Shown: positions 63,814 through 64,000 of the stretch, piece after piece | Layout of the letters: every line of letters starts with the position of its first letter | How positions within the stretch are numbered: position 1 is the stretch's first letter | Assembly (NCBI RefSeq): GCF_030684315.1 | Contig: NC_081362.1 | Span: forward strand, 14,254,589 to 14,318,588 | Reading direction: 5' to 3' | DNA: 64,000 nt | Source: Stegostoma tigrinum | Taxonomy: Eukaryota | Made by a program: the position numbers and the translations under genes | Notes under the pieces: model-generated | Seen by the model: the letters and a program-made list of their open reading frames with translations, nothing else | What the model was told of the DNA's origin: nothing | Databases searched by the model: none

Positions 63814-64000
63814 AAAAAAACTTTGCAAAGACAAGTTGTGAGCTGAGGCTTGCTTTCTAGCCTCTTCAATTTTCTACTCACATTCTGCCCATAAAATAAT
63901 GTTAATTTTGAATGGAATTTGAACTCACTTTCTTTCTTTGATATCAGTTAAATTTCAGAGGCAAGGTGCAGAGAGGGAATGGTATAAACCTGAATCACAC

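Overview
This is not prokaryotic DNA. It is AT-rich, CpG-depleted vertebrate non-coding sequence. The HE1-type SINEs, HER1/CR1 LINEs and DeuSINE remnants point to an elasmobranch (shark), which is an inference from repeat families. I recognise no host protein-coding gene; there are only a few weak plus-strand exon candidates. Nearly all long ORFs are retroelement fragments or their antisense shadows. The window holds at least four Penelope-like element (PLE) families, CR1, L2 and Rex1-type LINEs, tRNA-derived SINEs, a decayed Gypsy element and Tc1/mariner-type MITEs. The PLE insertions carry the most interesting signal. (1) They repeatedly form tail-out inverted pairs inside a 10-15 bp target-site duplication (TSD), and one arm is always about 30-40 nt shorter at its 3' end. 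(2) All four families carry a minimal hammerhead-ribozyme-like motif near the 3' end. (3) One pair (7260-7743) encloses a 261-bp copy of genomic DNA lying about 270 bp downstream. Two further local templated duplications lack PLE arms. All alignments and identities were judged by eye.
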